Origin: Squalus acanthias
Taxonomy: Eukaryota
Direction of reading: 5' to 3'
NCBI GenBank assembly: GCA_030390025.1
Contig: CM059425.1
Location: 169,696,001 to 169,760,000, forward strand
Length of the DNA stretch: 64,000 nucleotides
Positions 24,530 through 37,961 of this stretch are shown piece after piece; within the stretch, counting starts at the first letter, position 1, and every line of letters begins with the position of its first letter. The translations under genes were made by a program, and so were the position numbers. Under the pieces are notes generated by a model. That model did no database searches, was not told where the DNA came from, and saw nothing but the letters and a program-made list of their open reading frames with translations.

Positions 24530-27500
24530 GCTGATGTGTGTAGCCAATGAGCAGCGTGTTTAGCACTGGCTGCATGCAGCAATCATGATAATGAGCAGGC
24601 AGTACGGAGATGGCGTGCCGCCTGCATTACGTTGAACAGGCGAGGGGTAGTTGGGCATCGCGATCCCTGAGCATGTTTTTGGGGGCTATCCAATTTAGCC
24701 CCCCATGATTCTGATCTCTTCCACAGGCCTTGTACAATTTAATTTTGCTCAAACTACAGGACATTCACTGAGTAACATAGCACCACTGGAACTGTATCAA
24801 GGCCACAAAGATTAAGGATAACATTCCCCAGTATGGAGAGGCCATTCAGGCAGATTTTTGACTGACTTTGAGAAAATAAAATCTGTCTGCCTTTTTTCCA
24901 ATACTGTCAATCACAAAGCCATTTAAAAATTAACTGACACAGTAAATGTTTCCATCAACAGAAAAGGAAATGTGCAACAGAATGTGGGCACAATGAACAA
25001 TTACTGAGGATCACAAACAGCAGGAAATAACTCATTTACATGCATTCAGAAATTCTGTCTACAAACCCAGCCAGAAAAGTATGTTGAAATGTATAAACAT
25101 TGGATTAAATGAAGGTATACAGAAAGGAAGGGACCACTATTAACAGAGCAGGCAATTGCCAGAAAGATGGCACTGTTTGAGAGCAATAAATAATCCCTAA
25201 ATCCCAAATCCAAAAGGGATTACATGGAATACCAACAGCAAGGCACATATGTTTAATGATATGAAATGTATTGAAAGAAAGAAAAAGCTTTTAGAGGATA
25301 AATTCCGGAGGAGTAGAAGGCGGACCATCTGCAAGTGATTATGTCAGTTTTACAACTCGTCTGAATGTTTCGCATGATGTGGAAAAACTGCAGATGGGAA
25401 ATACCTCGATATATTCAGGCAAGTTAGTTATCATTTTATGTGTCACCACAAATAATATTGTGCCATAGTATTTTCCTTTTGCAATACAATGAATACAATG
25501 TAGGCAAAACAAATATTATTTAGCCTAAACCATATTGTTCAAAAAGATACAACCGAATACATTTGTGGGGAAGTGAGGATGATGAAGTGGAGTACGGATC
25601 CAGACCTCAAGGGACCCTAAATTCAAAATGGTGCTTTCTGAGCATCAAAGACTGTTGCAGTCAGTGGTGACTTTGCTGAGCACTCTTCCACTATCTGCAG
25701 TGTGTTGCTGAATAGAATCGCAACACTGCAATTCACCACGGAAAGTGAGACAGCTCAAGGGACCTCTGAAGTGGAGCTCCCATCCCCTACCTTCGCAGAG
25801 CCTCGAAGGCTAGCTGTAGCATCTCTCGTCAATACTCAGACTGCTGCCCTAAAGCCTAGAGCTCCAGTGTGCAACAGTTTCCGTGCTCCACCTTGGACTG
25901 TCTTTAGAATGCTTGGAGGACGCTGTTGATTAGAAACATAGAAAAATAGGAGCAGGAGTAGGCCATTCGGCCCTTTGAGCCTGCTCCACCATTCAATATG
26001 ATCATGGCTGATCCTCTATCTCAATACCATATTCCCCATCTCTCCCCATACCCCTTGATGCCTTTTGTGTCTAGAAATCTATCTATCTCCTTCTTAAATA
26101 TATTCAGTGACTTGGCCTCCACAGCCTTCTGTGGTAGAGAATTCTACAAGTTCACCACCCGCATCTCAGTCCTAAATGTCCTACCCCGTATCCTGAGGCT
26201 GTGACCCCTCGTTCTCGAACCCCCAGCCAGAGAAAACATCCTCCCTGCATCCAGTCTGTCTAGCCCTGTCAGAATTTTATACGTTTCAATGAGATCCCCT
26301 CTCATTCTTCGAAACTCTAGTGAATACAGGCCTAGTTGACCCAATCTCTCCTCATACGACAGTCTTGCCATCCCAGGAATCAGTCTGGTGAACCTTCGCT
26401 GCACTCCCTCTATGGCAAGTATATCCTTTCTTAGGTAAGGAGACCAAAACTGCGCGCAGTACTCCAGGTGTGGTCTCACCAAGGCCCTGTATAACTGTAG
26501 TAAGACATCCTTGCTCCTGTACTCAAATCCCCATGCAATGAAGGCCAACATACCATTTGCCTTCCTAACTGCTTGCTGCACCTGCATGTTTGCTTTCAGT
26601 GACTGGTGTACAAGGACACCCAGGTCCCATTGTACATCAACATTTCCCAATCTATCACCATTTAAATAATACTCTACCTTTCTGTTTTTTCGACCGAAGT
26701 GGATAACTTCACATTTATCCACATTATACTGCATCTGCCATGTATTTGCCCACTCACTCAACTTGTCTAAATCACCTTGAAGCCTCTTTGCATCCTCCTC
26801 ACAACTCACAATCGTACCTAGTTTCGTGTCATCAGCAAACTTGGAAATATTACATTTGGTTCTCTCATCCAAATCATTGATATATATTGTGAATAGCTGG
26901 GGCCCAAGCACTGATCCCTGCAGTATCCCACTAGTCACCGCCTGCCACCCCGAAAAAGACCCATTTATTCCTACTCTCTGTTTCCTGTCTATTAACCAAT
27001 TTTCAATCCACGCTAGTATATTACCCCCAATCCCATGTGCTTTAATTTTGCACACTAACCTCTTATGTGGGACTTTATCAAAGGCCTTCTGAAAATCCAA
27101 ATACGCCATATCCACTGGTTTTCCCTTGTCTATTCTATCAGTTACATCCTCAAAAAACTCCAGTAGGTTTGTCAAACACGATTTCCCTTTCATAAATCCA
27201 TGTTGAATCTGTCTAATCCCATTGATATTTTCTAAGTGTCCTGTTATCACATCCTTTATAATAGACTCTAGCATTTTCCCTACTACTGATGTTAGGCTAA
27301 CCGGTTTGTAGTTCCCTGTTTTCTCTCTCCCACCTTTTTTAAATAGTGGGATTACATTTGCCACCCTCCAATCTGCAGGAACTGTTCCATAATCTATAGA
27401 ATTTTGGAAGGTGACAACCAATGCATCCACTATTTCCATGGCTACCTCTTTTAGTACTCTGGGATGCAGATTATCAGGTCCTGGGGATTTATCGGCTTTC

Positions 27501-29114
27501 AGTCCCATTAATTTCTCCAGCACAATTTTTTTACTAATACTAATTTCCTTTAATTCCTCCTTCTCACTAGATCCTTGGTTCCCTAGCATTTCTGGGAAGT
27601 TATTTGTGTCCTCTTCCGTGAAGACAGAACCAAAGTATTTGTTTAATTGCTCTGCCATTTCCTTGTTCCCCATTATAAATTCTCCCGTTTCTGACTAAGG
27701 GACCTACATTTGTCTTCAATAATCTTTTTCTTTTTACATACTTGTAGAAGCTTTTACAATCCGCTTTTATGTTCCTTGCAAGTTTACTCTCATTCTCTAT
27801 TTTTCCCCTCTTAATCAATATCCTGGTCCATTTTTGCTGAATTCTAAACTGCTCCCAATCCTCAGGCTTGCTACTTTTTCTGGCAACTTTATATGACTCC
27901 TCTGTGGATCTAATACTACCCTTAATTTATTTTGTTAGCCATGGTTGGGCCACTTTTCCTTTTGTGTTTTTGTGCCAGAAAGGAATGTATAACTGTTGCA
28001 ATTCATGCATTCGTTCCTTAAATGTTAGCCATTGCCTATCCACCGTCATGCCTTTTAATGAAGCTCCCCAATCTATCATAGCCAACTCACTCCTCATACC
28101 TTCGTAGTTTCCTTTGTTTAGATTTGGGAGCCTAGTTTCAGATTTGACAACTTCACTTTCCATCTTAATGAAGAATTCCACCATGTTATGGTCACTCTTC
28201 CCTAAAGGACCCCGCACAACAAGATTATTAATTCACCCCTTCTCATTGCACAATACCCAATCTAGGATAACCTGTTCCCTAGTTGGCTCCTCAACGTACT
28301 GGTCTAAAAAACCATCTCATACACACTCTAGGAATTCATCCTCCACAGTATTATTGCTAATTTCATTTTGGCCAGTCTATATGTAGATTATAGTCACCCA
28401 TGATTACTGTAGTACCCTTGTTACATGCATCTCTAATTTCCTGTTTGTTGCCATCCCCTACATTACCACTACTCTTTGGAGGCCTATAGACAACTTCCAA
28501 CAATGTTTTCTGCCCCTTGGTGCTTCTTAGCTCCACCCAGACTGATTCTACATCTTGATTTTCTGAGCCAATATCCTTTCTCACTATTGCTCTGATTTCA
28601 TCCTTTATTACAACGCCACCACACTTCCTTTTCCTTTTTGCCTGTCCTTCCTAAATATCGAATATCCTTTGATATTCAGCTCCCAGCCTTGGTCACCCTG
28701 CAGCCATGTCTCCATAATTGCAATTATATCGTATCCGTTTACATCTATTTGCGCTGTTAATTCATCTACCTTATTATGAATGCTTCATGCATTCAGATAC
28801 AGTGCCTTTAGATTTGTCTTTTTAACATTTTTAGACATCTTAACATTTTTTTGTACTATGGCCCTATTTGTCTTATTACCATTTTTTCTTGCCCGGACCG
28901 TATTTGTTAGTGCACTCTTTTGTTTGTATGCTCTGTCCCTTCCTGACACAATCTGGTTATCCTTATCCCAATCACTTTCCTGCACTGCTTCCTTGTCTTT
29001 TCTTTTTAGCATTCTAGATTTCTCTCCACTGGGACCCTCTCCCCACCCCCTTATTTAGATTAAAGCCCTATCTACCTCCCTAGTTATTCGATTCGCTAGA
29101 ACTCTGGTCCCACC

Positions 29115-29543
29115 ATAACCTCTGCCCCTATTCTTTTTTTTTCCATTTATTTTATTTATTATATATTTTTTTCTCTCTCCCACACGGCAGCTGTCTTTCA
29201 TTCTGTCATTTACACTTCATCTAGAGCCACCTTTTGTTTCTTAACTTGTCCCATTACCATCTCCTTTTGCCTTGCACCATCTCTTAATGTCTCTTAATCT
29301 CTCCTACCTTCCATCCTATCACAGACCTTCCCTTTTGTTCTTTCCTCCCCTCCCCCCTTTCCCTGCTCCTGCACTTGCTAAAAAAGCTGTTCGATCTTCA
29401 GCTTTTTCCAGTTCTGAAAAAGGGTCATCGACCTGAAACGTTAACTCTGTTTCTCTCTCCACAGATGCTGCCTGACCTGCTGAGTATTTCCAGCATTTTC
29501 TGTTTTTATTTCAGATTTCCAGCATCCGCAGTATTTTGCTTTT
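29115..29543 (+). mobile_element. Penelope-like pseudo-LTR fragment (second family) inserted in the CR1 ORF1 3' end
   Basis: Pyrimidine-rich tract, hammerhead-like motif and gatgctgcctgacctgctgagtatttccagc 3' sequence; CR1 sequence resumes at 29544. Confidence 0.75.
29410..29446 (+). ncRNA. Degenerate minimal hammerhead ribozyme (core CUGAAAA, G8 to A)
   Basis: AGUU-CUGAAAA-A-GGGUC(AUC)GACCU-GAAA-CG-UU-AACU. Confidence 0.7.
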
Positions 29544-31765
29544 GTATGGTTCAGGTGTAGTCTGTCCCAACGGAACAGCTCTCTCTTTCCCCAGTACTGG
29601 TGCCAGTGCCCCATGAATCGAAACTCGCTTCTCCCACACCAATCTTTGAGCCACGCATTCATCTCCCTGATCCTATTGACCCTATGCCAATTTGCTCGTG
29701 GCTCTGGTAATAATCCAGAGATTATGACCTTTGTGGTTCTGCTTTTTAATTTAGTCCCTAGCTGCTCAAACTCTCTCAGCAGAACCTCTTTCTTAGTCCT
29801 ACCTATGTCGTTGGTACCTACGTGGACCACGACAACTGGATTCTTCCCATCCCACTCCAAGTTCTTCTCCAGCCCGGAGGAGATGTCCTTTACCCTGGCA
29901 CCGGGTAGGCAACACAGCCTTCGGGACTCACGCTCTTGGCTGCAGAGAACAGTGTCTATCCCCCTAACTATACTGTCCCCTACCACTACCACATTTCTTT
30001 TTGCTCCCCCCTCTTGAATGGCTCCCCGTACCACGGTGTTGTGGTCAGTTTGCTCATCCTCATTGCAGTCCCTGCTCTTGCCCACACAGAGAGTAAGAAC
30101 CTCGTAAGTGTTGGACAAGAACAAGGGCTGAGGCTCCTCCAACACTACCTCCTGGGTCCCCATACCTGCCTGCGCTAATAGTCACACCCACCTATCCCTG
30201 ACCTCGGACCAAATTTGAATTAATTAATCTAAGGGGTGTGACTGCCTCCTGGAACACAACGTCCAGGTAACTCTCCTCCTCCCTGATGTGTCACAGTGTT
30301 TGAAGCTCGGACCCCAGCTCATCAACATGGAGCCGAAGTTCCTCGAGCAACCAACATTTACTGCAAATGTGGTCGCTGTGGACCTCAATGGTGTTCACCA
30401 GCTCCCACATATTGCAGCAGTAACACATTGCCTGCCCTGCCATCTCTAATGTATTTAATTAATTAAGTGTTTAAATTTTGAATGTCAGTTTTTAATCCCG
30501 GCTTTTAATTTAAACCAATGCCCAAGAAAAAGAGAGAAATACTGACCAACCAATCACTACCCTGCTTTCCTGTGACGTCACTCCTTGTTTCTTGTTGTTC
30601 TTTAAATCGCAGGTCGGCCCACTCCCACTGCTGCTCCCAATAGCTCGGTCTGGGTCTCGAGCCTCGGGCTTTATATCCTTGCTCCTCTTTCGCCTGCTTC
30701 CTCACAGGTCGGTCTGCTCCCTCTGCTGATTGGTGCTTCAGCAATCTTATTGCTGCTATTAAGTCTGCTATCGTGCAAATCCATGGGGACATTGAGAGGG
30801 TGCTCAGTAGCAAGGGCATGGATGGAATCAGCATGGATAACAGTGCTGTCACTCAAGCTAAAAACACATCTGGATCCTTCCACCAACCCTCTCCAATGTT
30901 TGTACATGTGTCAGAAAGTGGATATGGCCAAGGCACTTTCATAACTATGGAACTGGTGGAGCCAGCAACTGAGCTCTGTCAGCACCCAGCTCACTGAGGT
31001 TGACAGCCAACTTAGTCCCAAGATCCTTTCCTGGGCACATAGCAGCCAACCATCTCACAAACCCTGTCACAGGGGAGCACATAGAAAAAGCACAAGGATA
31101 GCTTGTAGAGCACATCAGTCAGATGGCATCACCAAAAGAAAGCACTGGGTGCTGAACACCACGCAGACACACACATCATATTTAAGGTAATAAAATTTAA
31201 TTGAATGAAGTTGTACTGTGTCCAGAAAGTGTCCTTGTTATGGTGTTGGATAATGATAAAGCCTGAGGATTGGGAGAGTTTTAGAAACCAGCAAAGGTTG
31301 ACCAAAAAATTGATAAAAAGGGAAAAAAATAGAATATGGGAGAAAACTAGCAAGAAATATAAAAGCAGATTTTAAGAGTTTCTACAAGTATGTTAAAAGG
31401 AAAAGTGTAGCAAAAGTAAACGTTGGTCCCTTAGAGGCTGAGATAGGAGAAATTATTATGGGGAATAAGGAAATGGCAGAAACATTAAACAAATATTTTG
31501 TATCTGTCTTCACAGTAGAAGACACAAAAAGCATACCAAAAATGGTGGAGAACTATGGGCTGGATTTTCATTGACCCGTGGAGGTGGGTTTGGAGGCGTG
31601 TGGGGGGTTAAAATTGCGAAAACTGGCGGGCGGGCACAAGTCCGCCTCCATCCCGCCTCCACGCAATTTTCATTAAAGCGTGTCTGCTGATCCCGACTCC
31701 GTCCCACCTCTAAGAGGCGGGATAGGCTGTTAAGGTCCTTAACAAGCACTAAATTGCCTCTATAA

Positions 31766-31966
31766 GGAGGAGCGGCGGCGGCAGAGTATAAAAGCTAGCC
31801 CGAGGAGCAGGTAGGCCCACAGCAGCGGCGGTGCGGACCTAGGAGGAGCGGCGGCGGCAGAGTATAAAAGCTAGCCCGAGGAGCAGGTAGGCCCACAGCA
31901 GCGGCGGTGCGGACCTAGGAGGAGCGGCGGCGGCAGAGTACAAAGGGAGCCCGAGGAGCAGGTAGG
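31766..31966 (+). repeat. 76-bp tandem monomers in the CR1 5' UTR (two identical copies plus one partial)
   Basis: Units start at 31766, 31842 and 31918; the first two contain TATAAAA. Confidence 0.9.
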
Positions 31967-32229
31967 TTTACCAATCTCAGAGCGGGAGACAGAAGTAAAA
32001 AGTAATCGAAGTGTGACGTCACCAGAAAGCAGGTAAGTGATTGGTTGGTGAGTATTTCTCTCTTTCTCCTTTTTTCCATACTTAAATTCTGTGGTTTATA
32101 GTTTCTAGAGTCTCTGTGGTGTAGTGGGGACTGCTGTTAAACAAGGGCCCTTGAGTTTATCATTTAATTGAAGTGAAATTGGTGGGATTCATTTAATTTG
32201 ATTTTAATTAATTAATTAAAGGGTAAGTC

Positions 32230-33180
32230 ATGGCAGGGGAGCTCTGCCCTGTGATATGCTCCTCCTGCTATATGTGGGAAATCAGGGATGCTTCCTGTGT
32301 CCCTGATGACCATGGGTGTGGGAAGTGTATCCAGCTGCAGCTACTGATGGACCGCATTGCAGCGCTGGAGCTGCGGGTGGATACATATTGGAGCATTCGC
32401 GACGCTGAGAACGTCGTGGATAGCACGTTTAGAGAGTTGGTCACACCGCAGGTAAAGGGTGTACAGGCAGGAAGTGAATGGGTGACCACCAGGCAGAGTA
32501 AGAGGTGCAGGCAGGTAGTGCAGGGGTCCCCTGTGGCCATCCCCCTCTCAAACAGATATACCACTTTGGATGCTGTTGGGGGGGTTGACTTATCAGGGGA
32601 AGGCAGCAGCAGCCAACTTCCTGGCACCATGGGTGGCTCTGCAACACAGGCTGGGAGGAAAAAGTGTGGAAGAGCTATAGTGATAGGGGATTCAATTGTA
32701 AGGGGAATAGATAGGCGTTTCTGCGGCTGCAAACGAGACTCCAGGATGGTGTGTTGCCTCCCTGGTGCAAGGGTCAAGGACGTCTCAGAGCAGCTACAGA
32801 ACATTCTGGAGGGGGAGGGCGAACAGCCAGTTGTCGTGGTGCTCATAGGCATCAACGATATAGGTAAAAAACGGGATGAGGTCCTAAAAGCAGAATATAG
32901 GGAGTTAGGAGGTAAATTAAAAAATAGGACCTCGAAGGTAGTAATCTCAGGATTGCTACCAATGCCACGTGCTAGTCAGAGTAGAAATAGGAGGATATTT
33001 CAAATGAATATGTGGCTAGAGGAATGGTGCAAGGGGGAGGAATTCAAATTCCTTGGACATTGGAACCGGTTCTGGGGGAGGTGGGACCAGTACAAACGGG
33101 ACAGTCTGCACCTGGGCAGGGCCGGGACCGATGTCCTAGGGGGAGTGTTTGCTAGTGCTGTTGGGGAGGGTTTAAACTAA
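32230..33180 (+). CDS. CR1 ORF1p: zinc finger/leucine zipper + SGNH esterase (316 aa, open)
   Basis: CSSC...CGKC, LSNRY, GDSIVRG, G.ND and DSLHL motifs. Confidence 0.93.
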   Translation: MAGELCPVICSSCYMWEIRDASCVPDDHGCGKCIQLQLLMDRIAALELRVDTYWSIRDAENVVDSTFRELVTPQVKGVQAGSEWVTTRQSKRCRQVVQGSPVAIPLSNRYTTLDAVGGVDLSGEGSSSQLPGTMGGSATQAGRKKCGRAIVIGDSIVRGIDRRFCGCKRDSRMVCCLPGARVKDVSEQLQNILEGEGEQPVVVVLIGINDIGKKRDEVLKAEYRELGGKLKNRTSKVVISGLLPMPRASQSRNRRIFQMNMWLEEWCKGEEFKFLGHWNRFWGRWDQYKRDSLHLGRAGTDVLGGVFASAVGEGLN

Positions 33181-33302
33181 AGTGGCAGGGGGTTGGGAAC
33201 CTGAGCAGGGAGACAGAGGAAAGGGAAACAAGGATAAAAGCAAAAGACAGGAAGGAGAAAAACAAAAGTAGAAGGCAAAGAACTCAACGGTTTAAATCAA
33301 AC

Positions 33303-36161
33303 ATGGTCACAGTAAATAATAATTCATATAGGTCTGAGAGCGTTAAAAAAACAAGCCTGAAGGCTTTGTGTCTTAATGCAAGGAGCATTCGGAACAAGGT
33401 GGATGAATTAGCTGCGCAAATAGAGGTAAATGAATACGATTTGATTGGGATTACAGAAATATGGCCCCAGGGTGGCCAAGGCTGGGAACTCAACATCCAT
33501 GGGAATTCAATATTTAGGAAAGATAGGCAAAAAAGAAAGGGAGGTGGGGTAGCATTGCTGGTTAAAGAGGTTAACACAATTGAAAGGAAGGATATTAGCT
33601 CTGATGATGCAGAATCTGTATGGGTTGAACTGAGAAATAACAAGGGGCAGAAAACGTTAGTGGGAGTGGTATATAGACCTCCAAACAGTAATACGGAGGT
33701 TGGGGAAGGCATTAAAAGGGAAATTAGAGAAGCATGCTGTATGGGCACAGCAGTCATCATGGGTGACTTTAATTTACATATAGATTGGGCTAACCAAATT
33801 AGTAAAAATACTGTGGAGGAGGAATTCCTGGAGTGTTTACGGGTTGGTTTTCTGGAACAATATGTCGAGGAACCAACCAGAGATCAGGCCATCTTAGACT
33901 GGGTATTATGTAATGAGAAAGGATTAATTAGCAATCTTGTTGTACGAGGCCCCTTGGGTCAGAGTGATCATAATATGATAGAATTCTTCATTAGGATGGA
34001 GAGTGAAGTAGTTGAATCAGAGACTAGGGTCCTGAATTTAAATAAAGGAAACTACGATGGTATGAGGCGCGAATTGGGTAGGATTGATTGGGGAATGTCA
34101 CTCAAAGGGTTGACGGTGGATAGGCAATGGCAAACATTCAAAGACTGCATGGATGAACTACAGAATTTGTTCATCCCAGTGTGGCATAAGAATAAAACAA
34201 AAAGGGTGACTCAACTGTGGCTAACAAGGGAAATTAGGGAGAGCATAAGATCCAAGGAGAGGGCATATAAATTGGCCAGAAAAAGCGGTAACCCTGAGGA
34301 TTAGGAGCAGTTTAGGATTCAACAAAGGAGGACAAAGGGATTAATTAAGAAGGGGAAAATAGAATATGAAAGTAAGCTTGCTGGGAACATAAAAACTGAC
34401 TGTAACAGTTTTTATAGATATGTGAAGAGAAAAAGATTAGTGAAATCAAGTGCAGGTCCCTTGCAGTCAGAAGCGGGGGAAGTTATAATAGGGAACAAAG
34501 AAATGGCAAACCAATTAAATGCATATTTTGGTTCTGTCTTCACAAAGGAGGACACAAATAACCTCCCAGAGATGTTGGAGAACATACGGTCTGATGAAAG
34601 GGAGGAACTGAAAGAAATCAGTATTTGCAGGGAAATGGTGTTAGGGAAATTGACGGGATTGAAGGCCGATAAATCCCCAGGGCCTGATAATCTACATCCT
34701 AGGGTACTTAAGGAAGTGGCCCTAGAAATAGTAGATGCATTGCTGATCATCTTCCAACATTCGATGGAATCTGGAACTGTACCCATGGATTGGAGGGTAG
34801 CTAATGTTACCCCACTATTCAAAAAGGGTGGTAGAGAGAAAGCAGGGAATTACAGACCGGTAAGCCTGACATCGGTAATAGGGAAAATGCTAGAGTCCAT
34901 TATAAAGGATGTAATAGCTGAGCACTTGAAAAACAGTGACAGGATCGGACAAAGTCAACATGGATTTACAAAAGGTAAATCGTGCTTGACTAATCTACTG
35001 GAAATTTTTGAGGATGTAACTGGGAAAATAGATAAGGGAGAACCAGTAGATGTGGTGTATTTGGACTTTCAAAAGGCTTTTGATAAGGTCCCGCATAAGA
35101 GATTAGCGTGTAAAGTTAACGCACATGGGATTGGGGGCAAGGTATTGACTTGGATAGAGAACTGGTTGGTGGACAGAAAGCAAAGAATCGGAATTTATGG
35201 GTCTTTTTCCGAGTGGCAAGCAGTGACTAGTGGGGTACCGCAGGGATCGGTCCTTGGACCCCAGCTATTCACAATATACATTAATGATCTAGATAAGGGA
35301 ACTAAATGTAATATCTCCAAGTTTGCAGATGACACAAAGCTGGGTGGGAGTGTGTGCTGCGAGGAGGATACCGAGAAACTCCAGGATGATTTGGACAGGT
35401 TGGGTGAGTGGGCAGAAGCGTGGCAGATGCAATATAACGTGGATAAATGCGAGGTTATCCACTTTGGTGTCAAAAACAGAAAGGCAGACTATTATCTGAA
35501 TGGCAATAGATTGGGAGAAGGGGAAGTGCAACAAGACCTGGGTGTCCTTGTGCACCAGTCACTGAAGGTAAGCATGCAGGTGCAGCAGGCGGTGAAGAAG
35601 GCAAATGGTATGTTGGCCTTCATAGCGAAAGGGTTTGAGTATAGGAACAGAGATGTCCTGCTGCAGTTGTACAGGGCCTTGGTGAGTCCACACCTTGAGT
35701 ATTGTGTGCAGTTTTGGTCGCCTTATCTGAGGAAGGATGTTCTTGCCATGGAGGGAGTTCAGCGAAGATTCACAAGGCTGATACCTGGGATGGCAGGAAT
35801 GACATATGAGGAGAGATTGGGTCGATTGGGCTTATACTCGCTGGAGTATAGAAGAATGAGAGGGGATCTCATCGAAACATATAAAATTCTGACAGGTCTG
35901 GACAAACTAGATGCAGGAAGAATGTTCCCGATGGTCAGAGAGTCCAGAACCAGGGGTCATAATCTAAGGATAAGGGGTAAGCCATTTAGGACAGAAATGA
36001 GGAAGAATTTCTTCACCCAGAGAGTGGTGAACCTGTGGAATTCTCTACCACAGAAGGTAGTTGAGGCCAAGTCATTAAATATATTCAAGAATGAGTTAGA
36101 TATATTTCTTAAAGCTAAAGGTATCAAGGGATATGTGGAGAAGGCAGGTACAGGGTACTGA
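33303..36161 (+). pseudogene. CR1 ORF2p (APE endonuclease + RT) with a single in-frame stop at 34302-34304
   Basis: LNARS, ITE.W, YRPP, GDFN, SDH and RT motifs; ORFs 33303 and 34422 are in the same frame; TAG replaces the W of PEDW seen in other copies. Confidence 0.93.
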
Positions 36162-36361
36162 GTTTGAATGATCCGCCATGATCTCATCGAATGGCGGAGC
36201 AGGCTCGAGGGGCCGAATGGCCTACTCCTGCTCCTATCTTCTATGTTTCTATAATGCCATTTTGAAAGGCCTTTGTGATTTTAACCCTTTTTCTACGTGA
36301 AGCACGCCTGCTCTGAACCACAAATGTGAAACGTGGTGGGAGCACATTTGGATAGCTGACT

Positions 36362-36745
36362 ATCAGCTGGCTGGCTGGCTGGATGGATGGATGGATGGAT
36401 GGATGGCTGAATGGCTGATATGGATGGATGGATGGATGAATGGATGGATGGATGGATGAATGGATGGATGGATGGATGGCTGGATGGCTGATATGAATGG
36501 ATGGATGGATGAATGGATGGATGGATGGATGGCTGGATGGCTGATATGGATGGATGAATGGATGGATGGATGGATGGTTGGATGGCTGGATGGCTGATAT
36601 GGATGGATGGATGGATGAATGGATGGATGGATGGATGGCTGGATGGCTGATATGGTTGGATGGATGGATGAATGGATGGATGGATGGATGGTTGGATGGC
36701 TGATATGGATGGATGAGGAGCAGACATATCTGGACGGATGGATGA
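36362..36745. repeat. (GGAT)n microsatellite with higher-order variants
   Basis: Direct inspection. Confidence 0.97.
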
Positions 36746-37961
36746 GGAGGAGACATATCTGGGAGTGGTGGTGCAAAAATATCTGAGAGCAGACTTAGGG
36801 TTGCTGCTGCTCATTTTGCATCCAGGTCCTCTCACAGCAAAGGCCAGGCAGTCTTTGCAGGCCTTCAATGCAGCAGCAATGATGACATCATCAGAGGCGA
36901 CTTTCAGACTGAAAACATTAATTGGGTCATGGGTTCCCACATGCTGGAACTCAATTGCCCAATTAGGTGAAAATCGCATCAATCTCCCACATCCAATTGC
37001 AGTCGGGTGGATCACACGAAAAATGGATGACACGACCCCAACCCGCCCCAGTATCAAAATCCAGCCCTAAGGGTCTATTGAGGGTGAGGAACTTAACATA
37101 ATTAATATAAGTAGAGAAAAAGTACTAGAGAAACTATTGGGACTAAAAGCCAACAAATCCCATGGACCTGACGGCCGACATCCTAGGGTTCTAAAAGAGG
37201 TGGCTGAAGAGATAGTGGATGCATTCGTTTTGATCTTCCAAAATCCCTAGATTCTGGAATGGTCCCAGCGGATTGGAAGGTCGCAAATGTAACACTGCTA
37301 TTTAAGAAAGGAGGGAGAGAAAAAACAGGGAACCACAGGCCAGTTAGCCTGACATCAGTCGTCGGGAAAAAGTTGGAATCCATTGTTAAGGAAGTGGTAT
37401 TAAGTCACTTAGAAAATCATAACATGATTAGGCAGAGTCAACATGCGTTTATGAAAGGGAAATCGTGTTTGACAAATTTATTAGAGTTTTTTGAGGATGG
37501 AACTAGCAGGGTAGATAAAGGGGAACCAGTGGATGTAGTATATTTGGATTTCCAAAAGGCATGCGATAAGGTGCCACATGAAAGCTTATTACACAAGATT
37601 AGGGCTCACGGGGTTGGGGGTAATATAATAGCATGGATAGAGGATTGGTTAACGGACAGAAAACAGACAGTAGGGATAAACGGATCTTTTTCAGGTTGGC
37701 AGGCTGTAACTAGTGGGGTGCCGCAAGGATCAGTGTTGGGGCCTCAGCTATTTACAATCTATATTAATGACCTAGATGAAGGGACCAAGTGTAATGTATC
37801 CAAGTTTGCTGATGATACAAAGCTAGGTGGGACAGTAAGCTGTGAAGAGAACACAAAGAGGCTGCACAGGAATATAGATAGACTAAGTGAGTGGGCAGTA
37901 AGGTGGCAGATGGAGTATAATGTAGGGAAATGTGAGGTTATTCACTTTGGTAGGAAGAATA

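Larger units (their letters stand above)
19749..24703. mobile_element. PIF/Harbinger element A (transposase + Myb, both decayed)
   Basis: TIRs GGGGCAAAATTGG / CCAATTTAGCCCC; flanking CAT on both sides (19746-19748, 24704-24706); two convergent genes. Confidence 0.88.
25932..30726 (-). mobile_element. Essentially full-length but decayed CR1 LINE (5' UTR, esterase ORF1 from ATG 30443, APE-RT ORF2)
   Basis: ORF1 GDSIVRG, HVGTND and D.LH SGNH motifs; ORF2 fragments 28785-29012, 28363-28584, 27927-28217 and 26144-27673; possible TSD TGATT. Confidence 0.93.
31766..36247 (+). mobile_element. Full-length, nearly intact CR1 LINE
   Basis: TSD TCTATAA (31759-31765, 36248-36254); GC-rich 5' UTR, ORF1, ORF2 and tail. 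Confidence 0.97.
31557..37067. mobile_element. Non-autonomous Harbinger/MITE G hosting a full-length CR1
   Basis: TIRs GGGCTGGATTTT / AAAATCCAGCCC; flanks TAT and TAA (TSD with one mismatch). Confidence 0.85.

Noticed and set aside
25295..25418. Plus-strand exon with a GC donor (CAG|gcaagt)
   Set aside because: The acceptor lacks a polypyrimidine tract and the peptide is not recognisable.
25550..31130. Unique coding sequence flanking the minus-strand CR1 (25550-25930, 30732-31130)
   Set aside because: Looks like a decayed Harbinger Myb exon 3 remnant (e.g. NKIAEAP) but is too degraded to delimit.
36241..37057. IHPS-repeat ORFs
   Set aside because: Translations of the (GGAT)n microsatellite.
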